A DNA stretch of 10,048 nt from Candidatus Micrarchaeota archaeon. GTDB lineage: Archaea > Micrarchaeota > Micrarchaeia > Norongarragalinales > SBBD01. The notes under the pieces are model-generated. The model had not been told where the DNA came from and made no database searches. It saw nothing but the letters and a program-made list of their open reading frames with translations. Positions within the stretch are counted from its first letter, which is position 1. Every line of letters begins with the position of its first letter. Position numbers and translations under genes: made by a program. Location: positions 1 through 10,048 of the forward strand of contig JBDRLB010000035.1 of assembly GCA_043813365.1 (NCBI GenBank), read 5' to 3'. This document shows positions 1 to 6,554 of this stretch, piece by piece.

Positions 1-408
1 AACTTCTTCGACGGGATAGCAATAGCTGCAGCATTCGTGGCCGGCATGCCCACTGGCATTGCGACTACTCTCGCAGTTCTGTTGCACGAAATACCCCAGG
101 AGATCGGGGACTATTCCCTGCTTGTCTACTCCGGTTTCGGGAAGCTCAAGGCGCTCCTCTGGAACCTTGCTTCCGCAGTGCTGGCGATAATCGGCGCGCT
201 GCTCTTCTACTTCTACGGCCCCCCAACTGAAAATGCCACCTCCCTTGCACTGGGTTTCGCAGCAGGGATGTTCGTTTACATGGCAGCATCGGATCTCTTC
301 CCCGAATTGCACAAGGAAAAGGACCCCTGGAAATCAAGCTTCCAGCTGCTGTTCATGCTTATGGGAATTGCAACAATCTGGGCAATTGTCGAGTTCCTGC
401 ATGTTTGA
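1..408 (+). CDS. ZIP-family (ZupT/GufA-like) divalent metal transporter, 5'-truncated by the window edge
   Basis: Frame 1 is open from base 1 and reads NFFDGIAIAAAFVAGMPTGIATTLAVLLHEIPQEIGDY. This contains the ZIP TM4 (H)NxxDG and TM5 HEIPQE metal-site motifs. Further hydrophobic helices and FAAGMFVYMAASDLFPELH follow, with TGA at 406-408. The ORF-track start at 37 is internal. Confidence 0.95.
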   Translation, partial: NFFDGIAIAAAFVAGMPTGIATTLAVLLHEIPQEIGDYSLLVYSGFGKLKALLWNLASAVLAIIGALLFYFYGPPTENATSLALGFAAGMFVYMAASDLFPELHKEKDPWKSSFQLLFMLMGIATIWAIVEFLHV

Positions 409-416
409 ACGCCAGA

Positions 417-424
417 TTTAAATA
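417..424 (+). promoter_or_regulatory. Putative archaeal TATA box for the coiled-coil gene
   Basis: TTTAAATA ends 26 nt before GTG 451 (32 nt before ATG 457), a spacing typical of leaderless or short-leader archaeal transcripts. Confidence 0.55.
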
Positions 425-450
425 TCACCCCTGCCTCCTCTTTATCGGTA

Positions 451-2325
451 GTGGGAATGGAGGAGTTTCGGGAAGAACTTATTGGTATCTCGGAGAAGCT
501 GAATAAGTACAGCGCCGCAATGCAGGAGTCGCTTAACATACTAAGTGATGAATTCCTGCTGCTTCGCGATGAACTTTCAGCGCTCAACCAGAACCTCGAC
601 CGCACCAAGGACATTGATTCCAAATTGGAGGACTTCAATAAAACCGTCGTAGTGCTGCATGGATTGCAGGACAAGCTGAAACTGCTGGAGAACCTTGCTT
701 CCTCCCTTGCAGTCGCGGACGGCCTTTCCGCGAAAATCGATACGCTCGCGCAATCAGTGAACACAAGCAAGGAGCATATGGGCGATGCTGTTGCGCCTTT
801 GAGCAAGAAGATGGACCTGCTCTACTCCAAATTTGACGAGTCGCTTTCCCCGCTCAACAAGAGGCTGGAAACTTTTTCCGATGCATTCAAGGAGGAGCTT
901 AGGGAATCCGCGGACATGCTCAAGGGAGAGGAATCTCTCAAGGCGCTCTCGCTTTCATTGCAGGAGGAGCTCAACTCGATGCAAAAGGCGTTCGGCGAGC
1001 AGACGAATGCCATAAAATCGATTTCAACATCCGTGGCATATCTCTCGAATGCCGAGGGGGAAGTGAAGAAGGGGCTTGACGGGCTTGTTAAGGTTTACCA
1101 GCAGGACCGGGAAAAATCTGCAGCTGACAAGGGGAAGTTCGATTCCTACAAGGAACAGATTGATCTGCGTGAACGCAAGCTGGATGAGATAATTGCAATG
1201 CTCAAGGTGCAGTCCGAGCAGATGGCAAAGCAGAATTCCCTCCTGGAAAGCCCCAAGGCAGCAAAACAGCAGCCGCAGGAGCTCCTTGTTGAGGAAATGA
1301 AAAAGCAGGGGGAAAGGTTTGATAAGCTGGAGGAGTCAATTGGCGAGCAGGTGAAGCTGCTTGCATTGGTGAAGGCTTCCATTCCTACTGGGAATTTCGA
1401 GGAGGTAATCAAGCATGCGGACGTCATCAACGAGTCTACGAACTCCAAATTGGACTCAGTTGTGGAGATGAACAATTCCACCACCAAGGCATTGCAGAAG
1501 TTCAACGAGAATGCCAACCAGCTGCCGTCGCTGATGCAGAACATTTCCGTTGCGCTGGATACGCTTGTGCAGGAGATGCGCAAATCCCAGACGGCGTACA
1601 AGAGCCTTGAGGCTGCGGTGCAGCAAGCGGGCGTGAGGCCTTCAGAAGCGCAGCCAGCCCACATGGAGAAATTGGAGAGCATAACAGAAAACATACGCGG
1701 CCTGCATGCAAAAATGGACACCTCGCCGCAATTCGAGGTGCAGCTGAAGGAAGTTGTCGAGGAGCTCAAGAAGTTCGAGGAGCTGGAAAAGCAGAGGCTG
1801 GCGCAGCCTGCGATTACGCAGCCCGTTTCCGAACTGCAGCTTAAGGCGGTAGTTGACGAACTCAAGAAGTTCGAGGAATTGGAAAAGCAGCGGCTCAGCC
1901 AGCCCCAGGTGATGCAGCCCGTTTCAGGCGTCTCAATTGCAAATGTGGATGCGATTTCCCAGAAACTGGATACGAATCTCATACTCATCAAGAAGGAACT
2001 TTCGAACATGTCTGCGGGAATAGAAACACTGAAGGGCGTGCTCACCCAAGGCGCCGACATATCTGCCGAAGTGGATTTCACTCCCCTATTGAAGAAGATG
2101 GAGCAGATGCAGAACCAGATCGCCTCTGTGACACAGGCGCAGCCGATGCAGGCAGCGGGCCCGGCGCTGCAAGGAACAAAACTGATGGACCAGCGCGATT
2201 TGCTGGAGGAAATGCAGCAGAACATCAGGATATTCCAGTCATTCGAGCTCTCCGACCGAGCGAAAATAGTTGTGGATAGGCTTGACATGCTCGTGAAGCG
2301 GTGCCTCTCATTGTATTCCAGTTGA
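451..2325 (+). CDS. Long coiled-coil protein of unknown function (start GTG 451 or ATG 457)
   Basis: 624-aa ORF rich in E/K/Q/L/S with heptad-like patterning throughout and Q/P-rich breaks. No transmembrane segment, signal peptide or Walker A motif was seen. Confidence 0.85.
   Translation: MGMEEFREELIGISEKLNKYSAAMQESLNILSDEFLLLRDELSALNQNLDRTKDIDSKLEDFNKTVVVLHGLQDKLKLLENLASSLAVADGLSAKIDTLAQSVNTSKEHMGDAVAPLSKKMDLLYSKFDESLSPLNKRLETFSDAFKEELRESADMLKGEESLKALSLSLQEELNSMQKAFGEQTNAIKSISTSVAYLSNAEGEVKKGLDGLVKVYQQDREKSAADKGKFDSYKEQIDLRERKLDEIIAMLKVQSEQMAKQNSLLESPKAAKQQPQELLVEEMKKQGERFDKLEESIGEQVKLLALVKASIPTGNFEEVIKHADVINESTNSKLDSVVEMNNSTTKALQKFNENANQLPSLMQNISVALDTLVQEMRKSQTAYKSLEAAVQQAGVRPSEAQPAHMEKLESITENIRGLHAKMDTSPQFEVQLKEVVEELKKFEELEKQRLAQPAITQPVSELQLKAVVDELKKFEELEKQRLSQPQVMQPVSGVSIANVDAISQKLDTNLILIKKELSNMSAGIETLKGVLTQGADISAEVDFTPLLKKMEQMQNQIASVTQAQPMQAAGPALQGTKLMDQRDLLEEMQQNIRIFQSFELSDRAKIVVDRLDMLVKRCLSLYSS
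1735..1926 (+). repeat. Intragenic tandem duplication, 2 x 96 bp (32 aa)
   Basis: 1735-1830 encodes EVQLKEVVEELKKFEELEKQRLAQPAITQPVS and 1831-1926 encodes ELQLKAVVDELKKFEELEKQRLSQPQVMQPVS; 25 of 32 residues are identical. Confidence 0.95.
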
Positions 2326-2335
2326 ATCAAGTCAT

Positions 2336-4123
2336 TCAGTATTTACTGAACTTTACACGGGTCAATTTTTGCTCTCGTCGTTTTATTAATTCCGGAATAA
2401 TTCTGCCAGTTATATCTTTGGATGAGTATTTTGGCAAAAAGTGCACCAATTGGACCTCATCTGCCAGGCCTGCCTGGATAAAAAGCGGCAGGCGCTCCTG
2501 CAATTTCCTTAATGAAACGCCGTAAGCATAATTTGTCCTGAACTTCTGCGCCAGACGGGAAGCCCCCATGGATTTGCAGTACTCGATTTTTTTCCTTTGG
2601 ATGGAATTTCCGCCTACTCCCCCGATCCTCGCCGCCACCCGATCCCTTTTCTTGCGAAGTTGGGGGAATACCCTCTCGACAATATCCTTTCTTGAAAATT
2701 TTCTAGTAAAATGCGCAGGTTGGGCCATATCCTCCAAGTTTGCATTTCTGAACAGCCTTAATCTCGCTTTTAGCTCGTTCATTCTTAAGTGGCTTATGAA
2801 CTTCAGTCCTAAAAATAGGGGGTGCTGCAAGTCATGATCGAATATGGCTGCCAATTTTGATAAAGCAACGCTCGGCAATCCGGACCTTTTCATCTGCTCG
2901 AAGCTTTCCATCCGCTTTTCAAATTCCTCATCTGAAATGGCGGATGTAAAATGGGAGGGCATTGCGAAATCCAGCAGCCCCTTTTTTTCCATCCTCCAGT
3001 AGCGCCCTAATTGCCTGGAAAACCGCAACTGTTCGGGCATAAAAAAAAGCCGATGGTGTTCCTCTGGAATGCCGGCCCTTTCAAGCAATTTAATCCTCTT
3101 TGCGAGGGCAATGGGAATATTTTTGTTTTTTGCTGTCTCCAATAATATGAGTCTTGGTATCACCCTCTTTCGGATTGACTCCTGGTCATAATTTAATATG
3201 TGGTAGTGGGTAATTCTGTGCATTAAACCGGCATATAAAAATGGTTTAATTCGGGCGCGCAGGCTGTCAAGAGAATAATGCCAGATTTTGCTTTTTGTTG
3301 CCCTGAAGAAATCCAGCGGCACGCCTGCTCTCAGCAGGAATGCGATTTTTTCCCTATTTGCCGAAGAGGCCCCGAATCCTAATCTCCTGGAAAATGCCTC
3401 GACGCGGTCATCGTGTTGTTGGATTGCTCTTCCAATCGAACCGTGCGAAATTCCGCCGTGGATGGCCTCCCTTAAATGTCGCCGGTTCCTAATTTGCTTT
3501 CTAATTTTGACCAATTCAATCTCGACATAATTTTTTCCAATTAGCAAATCCTCAGCAATTTGCTTCAGCGTCCTTCCCAAAAACACTTTCTGGTGGAGCA
3601 TCCAGCGATGCTTGGGGTTTGGAAGGATTTCGGGCGAAAATAAGCTGATCAGCTGGCTTTCAGTTTTCTGTTTGGCGGTCCCTTTGGGAGTGTCCTCCGA
3701 TGCAAGTGGTATATCGTCCACATTCACAGGACGGGCTGATCGGACATTGTGCAGTGCAACCGGATCACGCTCGCGGACATCATTCCAAATCCTTCTGTTT
3801 ACCCGTAGTATTGAATGTTTCCTAATATAGTCAATTATTCTCCATTCCACGAGCCGCTGTATTTTTTCAGGTAGTCCATCGACATCTTTGGCACCGATGC
3901 CGTTTAATTCCCTGGCGATTTGAAACCGGGCTTCCTGGCCAATTTCTTCAGGATCCAAGCCGGAATAACGTGCAGAGATTCTAAATTTGTTTATGCTTTT
4001 CCTTACCAATGGCTCGAATGCTGCATTGAGTGCTTTTTTCGCAGTATTACTGCCCGAAGCCGCCCTCATCGACAAGTCGGTAATTCTTTCAAGATCCAAT
4101 GCGTATCGATTGTGCTTTGCCAT
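2336..4123 (-). CDS. Sigma-70-like (region 2 + region 4 HTH) protein fused to four C-terminal helical repeats; putative nucleic-acid-binding regulator
   Basis: 595-aa R/K-rich ORF. aa ~17-110 (RAASGSNTAKKALNAAFEPLVRKSINKF...GLDPEEIGQEAR...IIDYIRKHSILRVNRR) follow the sigma region 1.2/2 pattern. aa ~167-213 (LPNPKHRWMLHQKVFLGRTLKQIAEDLLIGKNYVEIELVKIRKQIR) follow the region 4 HTH pattern. aa ~256-585 are repeats. Confidence 0.75.
   Translation of the reverse strand: MAKHNRYALDLERITDLSMRAASGSNTAKKALNAAFEPLVRKSINKFRISARYSGLDPEEIGQEARFQIARELNGIGAKDVDGLPEKIQRLVEWRIIDYIRKHSILRVNRRIWNDVRERDPVALHNVRSARPVNVDDIPLASEDTPKGTAKQKTESQLISLFSPEILPNPKHRWMLHQKVFLGRTLKQIAEDLLIGKNYVEIELVKIRKQIRNRRHLREAIHGGISHGSIGRAIQQHDDRVEAFSRRLGFGASSANREKIAFLLRAGVPLDFFRATKSKIWHYSLDSLRARIKPFLYAGLMHRITHYHILNYDQESIRKRVIPRLILLETAKNKNIPIALAKRIKLLERAGIPEEHHRLFFMPEQLRFSRQLGRYWRMEKKGLLDFAMPSHFTSAISDEEFEKRMESFEQMKRSGLPSVALSKLAAIFDHDLQHPLFLGLKFISHLRMNELKARLRLFRNANLEDMAQPAHFTRKFSRKDIVERVFPQLRKKRDRVAARIGGVGGNSIQRKKIEYCKSMGASRLAQKFRTNYAYGVSLRKLQERLPLFIQAGLADEVQLVHFLPKYSSKDITGRIIPELIKRREQKLTRVKFSKY
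2369..3358 (-). repeat. Four diverged protein-level repeats (~80-90 aa)
   Basis: The motif R-x3-[FM]-x2-[AK]-[GN]-L-x7-H-[FI] recurs at R291/H308, R374/H391, R454/H471 and R544/H561. It is followed by RVIPRL, KRMESF, RVFPQL and RIIPEL respectively. Confidence 0.85.
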
Positions 4124-4146
4124 AGTACGATTTAGTAATGTTAGGA

Positions 4147-4152
4147 ATATAA
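4147..4152 (-). promoter_or_regulatory. Putative archaeal TATA box for the sigma-like gene
   Basis: The minus strand reads CCAATTATATTCC. TTATAT ends 23 nt before the ATG at 4123 and no Shine-Dalgarno sequence is present, consistent with a leaderless transcript. Confidence 0.5.
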
Positions 4153-4187
4153 TTGGTGTTCATTTGAGGAACGCCGTTAGGGAGGGG

Positions 4188-4204
4188 CCTGTTTGATAAA
4201 CAGG
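4188..4204. promoter_or_regulatory. Inverted repeat, candidate operator in the divergent intergenic region
   Basis: CCTGTTT-gat-AAACAGG has perfect 7-bp arms around a 3-bp spacer. Confidence 0.4.
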
Positions 4205-4283
4205 AATGCCTATTTGAGGCGAGAACATATGGCAAAGGAAGCTTGTGGATCTACCCTGCATCGGAACCCAGCCCCTGATCGGA

Positions 4284-4290
4284 TTATAAA
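4284..4290 (+). promoter_or_regulatory. Putative archaeal TATA box for the helicase gene
   Basis: TTATAAA ends 31 nt upstream of ATG 4322. Confidence 0.5.
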
Positions 4291-4321
4291 CCGAAAACCG
4301 AACAATTTTTGAGTTGTTTGT

Positions 4322-6472
4322 ATGGAAACAGAATTCAGATTGGAGGAGGTTTTAATGCGCCTCAGCTATGAGAAGCTGAACCCGATGCAGGGAAAGGCAA
4401 TAGCGGAAGGTTTTTTGGAAAGCAGGAAATCCCTTGTTTGCGCACCTACCGCTTCCGGAAAAACCCTGCTTGCAACTCTTTCCATCATCAAGAATTTTCA
4501 GGAAACCAAGCGCAAGGCGTTCTACATCGTCCCGCTGAAGGCGCTCGCGCAGGAGAAATACGCCGAATTTTCCGAATTGCTCTCCCAATATGATATCAAG
4601 GTTGCGCTCTCGACATCGGATTTCGATTCTTCAGCGGAAGAGCTGTTCACAGCTGATGTGATAATCGCAACCATTGAAAAGCTCGATTCGCTCCTGCGCC
4701 ATAAAATCAGCTGGCTTGAGAGGGTGAACCTTGCTGTGATAGATGAGGCGCATTTGCTTAACGACGACAGCAGGGGCGCCACGCTGGAAATTGTGATGGT
4801 GAAGCTGCTCAACCTCAACCTGAAGCTCGTGGCGCTTTCTGCAACAATCCCCAATTCGGATGAGCTTGCAAAATGGCTAAATGCACAGCTCTTCCAGAGC
4901 GACTACCGCCCAACAAAGCTGGTTTACGGGGTTGCGGCTGATTCAAAAATCTCCTTCTACGAGAAGCCCCATTCAGGCCTCCTCGCATCGCCAAAAACAA
5001 TCGCCTCCCACAAAATTGAAAAATTGCACTCGAAAAATCCCCTGGGGGAAATTGTGAAAAAATGCGTGGATGGAAAAGGCCAGGCGCTTGTTTTCGTTTC
5101 CGCAAGGAGGGCTGCTGAGGCAGCCGCAAAGGAGCTCGGCATGGAGATTTACCCGCTTCTCTCGCAGGAGGAAAAAACCAAATTGGAGGAGCTTTCCAAT
5201 AAGGCGCTCAAAACCTTCCCCTCCCCGACGATGCAATGCACAGCTCTTGCAACGTGCATAAAGAACGGCGTTGCATTCCACCATGCAGGCATCCCTTCAA
5301 AGCAAAGGGGAATCATAGAGCAGGGGTTCAAGAAGGATAGGTGCATCAAGGCAATTGCTGCAACGACTACTCTCGCTATGGGAATCGACTACCCCGCGTC
5401 CTGCGTCGTCATTCGCGACCTCAAGCGCTTCACCGGCGCGTTCTCCGAATTCCTGCCCAATTTCGAAATCAGCCAGATGGCAGGCAGGGCAGGAAGACCC
5501 AAATACGACAAGGAGGGGCTTGCTGTGCTGATGTGCTCCCCGAAGGACCGGGAATACGTGCTCGACAATTACGTTTATGGAAGCACCGAGAAAATCTACT
5601 CGAAGTTGGCGAACGCAGCATTCCTCAGGATGCATTGCCTTGGCCTGATCGCATCCGGTCATTGCGATTCGTTCAAATCCCTCTACGATTTTTTCGGCCG
5701 CTCGCTTTTCGCGCACCAGTACGGGAAGACGGAGGAGCTTTTTGAGATGATCGAGAACGTCGTATTCGAATTGAGGGAGATGGAATTCATTACCGAAAGG
5801 AAAAGCACCAGCCTAATCGCCACTCCTCTTGGGAAACGCGTCTCCGAACTTTACATCGACCCGCTTTCCGCGAACGAGTTCGTGAATTTCATCAAACTGA
5901 GGGAGCCCAAAACGCCGCTTGATTTCCTGTTCGCGATCAATTCCGCAACCGAGATGCGGCCCCTCCTTTCCGTAAAAAGAACGGAGGAGATGGCGCTGTT
6001 TGCGGAGGCGGAGAATCTCGAGCTTGGCAGATATTTGGAGTCGCACTACGACGACCGCGATTTCCTTGAGAAATACAAAAGCGCGTTGCTCCTCGAAGGC
6101 TGGGTTTCGGAGATGACGGAGGAGCAGATGCTCGAGAAGTTCGGCATGCCTCCGGGGATACTTGCGGGCAGGGTCAGGAATTCGCAATGGCTCTCCTATT
6201 CCATCGCGGAACTCGCGTTCATGCTCAATGAAACGGAAGTTTACCGGGGGGGAAAGCGCATGACCCGCAGAATCAAGCACGGGATCCGGGAGGAACTTCT
6301 TGATATTTGCAGGGTGAAGGGCATCGGGAGGGCGAGGGGAAGGCGGCTTTTCAATGCGGGCATAAAAACAGCGGAGGAACTCTCAAAACGCAGCAAGGAG
6401 GAAATCCGCGCGATCATCAAGGTGGAAATCAATGTTGGTGCAGCATCCGGGGAAAAAACTGCATCAGCTTAA
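4322..6472 (+). CDS. hel308: Hel308/Hjm Ski2-like superfamily 2 DNA helicase
   Basis: 716 aa with Q motif LNPMQ, motif I APTASGKT, Ia YIVPLKALAQEK, TIEKLDSLLRH, II DEAH, III ALSATIPN, IV LVFVSARR, GVAFHHAG, V ATTTLAMGIDYPA and VI QMAGRAGRP. Also ATPLGKRVSELYIDP and a C-terminal HhH VKGIGRARGRRLFNAG. An alternative in-frame ATG at 4355 is preceded by GGAGGAGG. Confidence 0.93.
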   Translation: METEFRLEEVLMRLSYEKLNPMQGKAIAEGFLESRKSLVCAPTASGKTLLATLSIIKNFQETKRKAFYIVPLKALAQEKYAEFSELLSQYDIKVALSTSDFDSSAEELFTADVIIATIEKLDSLLRHKISWLERVNLAVIDEAHLLNDDSRGATLEIVMVKLLNLNLKLVALSATIPNSDELAKWLNAQLFQSDYRPTKLVYGVAADSKISFYEKPHSGLLASPKTIASHKIEKLHSKNPLGEIVKKCVDGKGQALVFVSARRAAEAAAKELGMEIYPLLSQEEKTKLEELSNKALKTFPSPTMQCTALATCIKNGVAFHHAGIPSKQRGIIEQGFKKDRCIKAIAATTTLAMGIDYPASCVVIRDLKRFTGAFSEFLPNFEISQMAGRAGRPKYDKEGLAVLMCSPKDREYVLDNYVYGSTEKIYSKLANAAFLRMHCLGLIASGHCDSFKSLYDFFGRSLFAHQYGKTEELFEMIENVVFELREMEFITERKSTSLIATPLGKRVSELYIDPLSANEFVNFIKLREPKTPLDFLFAINSATEMRPLLSVKRTEEMALFAEAENLELGRYLESHYDDRDFLEKYKSALLLEGWVSEMTEEQMLEKFGMPPGILAGRVRNSQWLSYSIAELAFMLNETEVYRGGKRMTRRIKHGIREELLDICRVKGIGRARGRRLFNAGIKTAEELSKRSKEEIRAIIKVEINVGAASGEKTASA

Positions 6473-6491
6473 AATGCACCAACTCCCCAAC

Positions 6492-6497
6492 TTTTTT
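6492..6497 (+). terminator. Possible archaeal oligo-T terminator
   Basis: T6 tract in a pyrimidine-rich stretch about 20 nt after the helicase stop codon. Confidence 0.3.
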
Positions 6498-6517
6498 CCC
6501 TCAATTGAAAGGATATG

Positions 6518-6525
6518 TTTTTAAT
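6518..6525 (+). promoter_or_regulatory. Putative TATA-like box for the large surface protein gene
   Basis: TTTTTAAT is preceded by purine-rich GAAAGGATATG and ends 29 nt before ATG 6555. Confidence 0.4.
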
Positions 6526-6554
6526 TGCGGAAAGCGCATTTTTATTGATCCCAG

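Noticed and set aside
1735..1926. Possible CRISPR array or DNA-level repeat element
   Set aside because: There are only two adjacent in-frame copies with no spacers, and divergence is concentrated at synonymous positions, so it is a protein repeat.
451..2325. SMC/Rad50 or methyl-accepting chemotaxis protein call
   Set aside because: No Walker A/B, signature, hinge or zinc-hook motif, no transmembrane helices and no MCP hairpin signature are visible; only generic coiled coil.
1146..2330. 394-aa minus-strand ORF (also 276-806)
   Set aside because: It is an antisense shadow of the coiled-coil gene. Its Ser/Phe/Cys-rich composition is what the reverse complement of GAG/AAG/CAG-rich codons produces.
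2336..4123. Transposase, Cas effector or TnpB call for the basic 595-aa protein
   Set aside because: No DDE, RuvC, HEPN or zinc-finger motif was recognised, and there are no flanking terminal repeats or array.
4124..4321. tRNA or structured ncRNA in the intergenic region
   Set aside because: No cloverleaf, T-loop or recognisable RNA family motif; only short inverted repeats.
4322..6472. Defence-system helicase (Cas3 or a restriction helicase)
   Set aside because: There is no HD nuclease domain or neighbouring defence gene, and the size and C-terminal domains match housekeeping Hel308.
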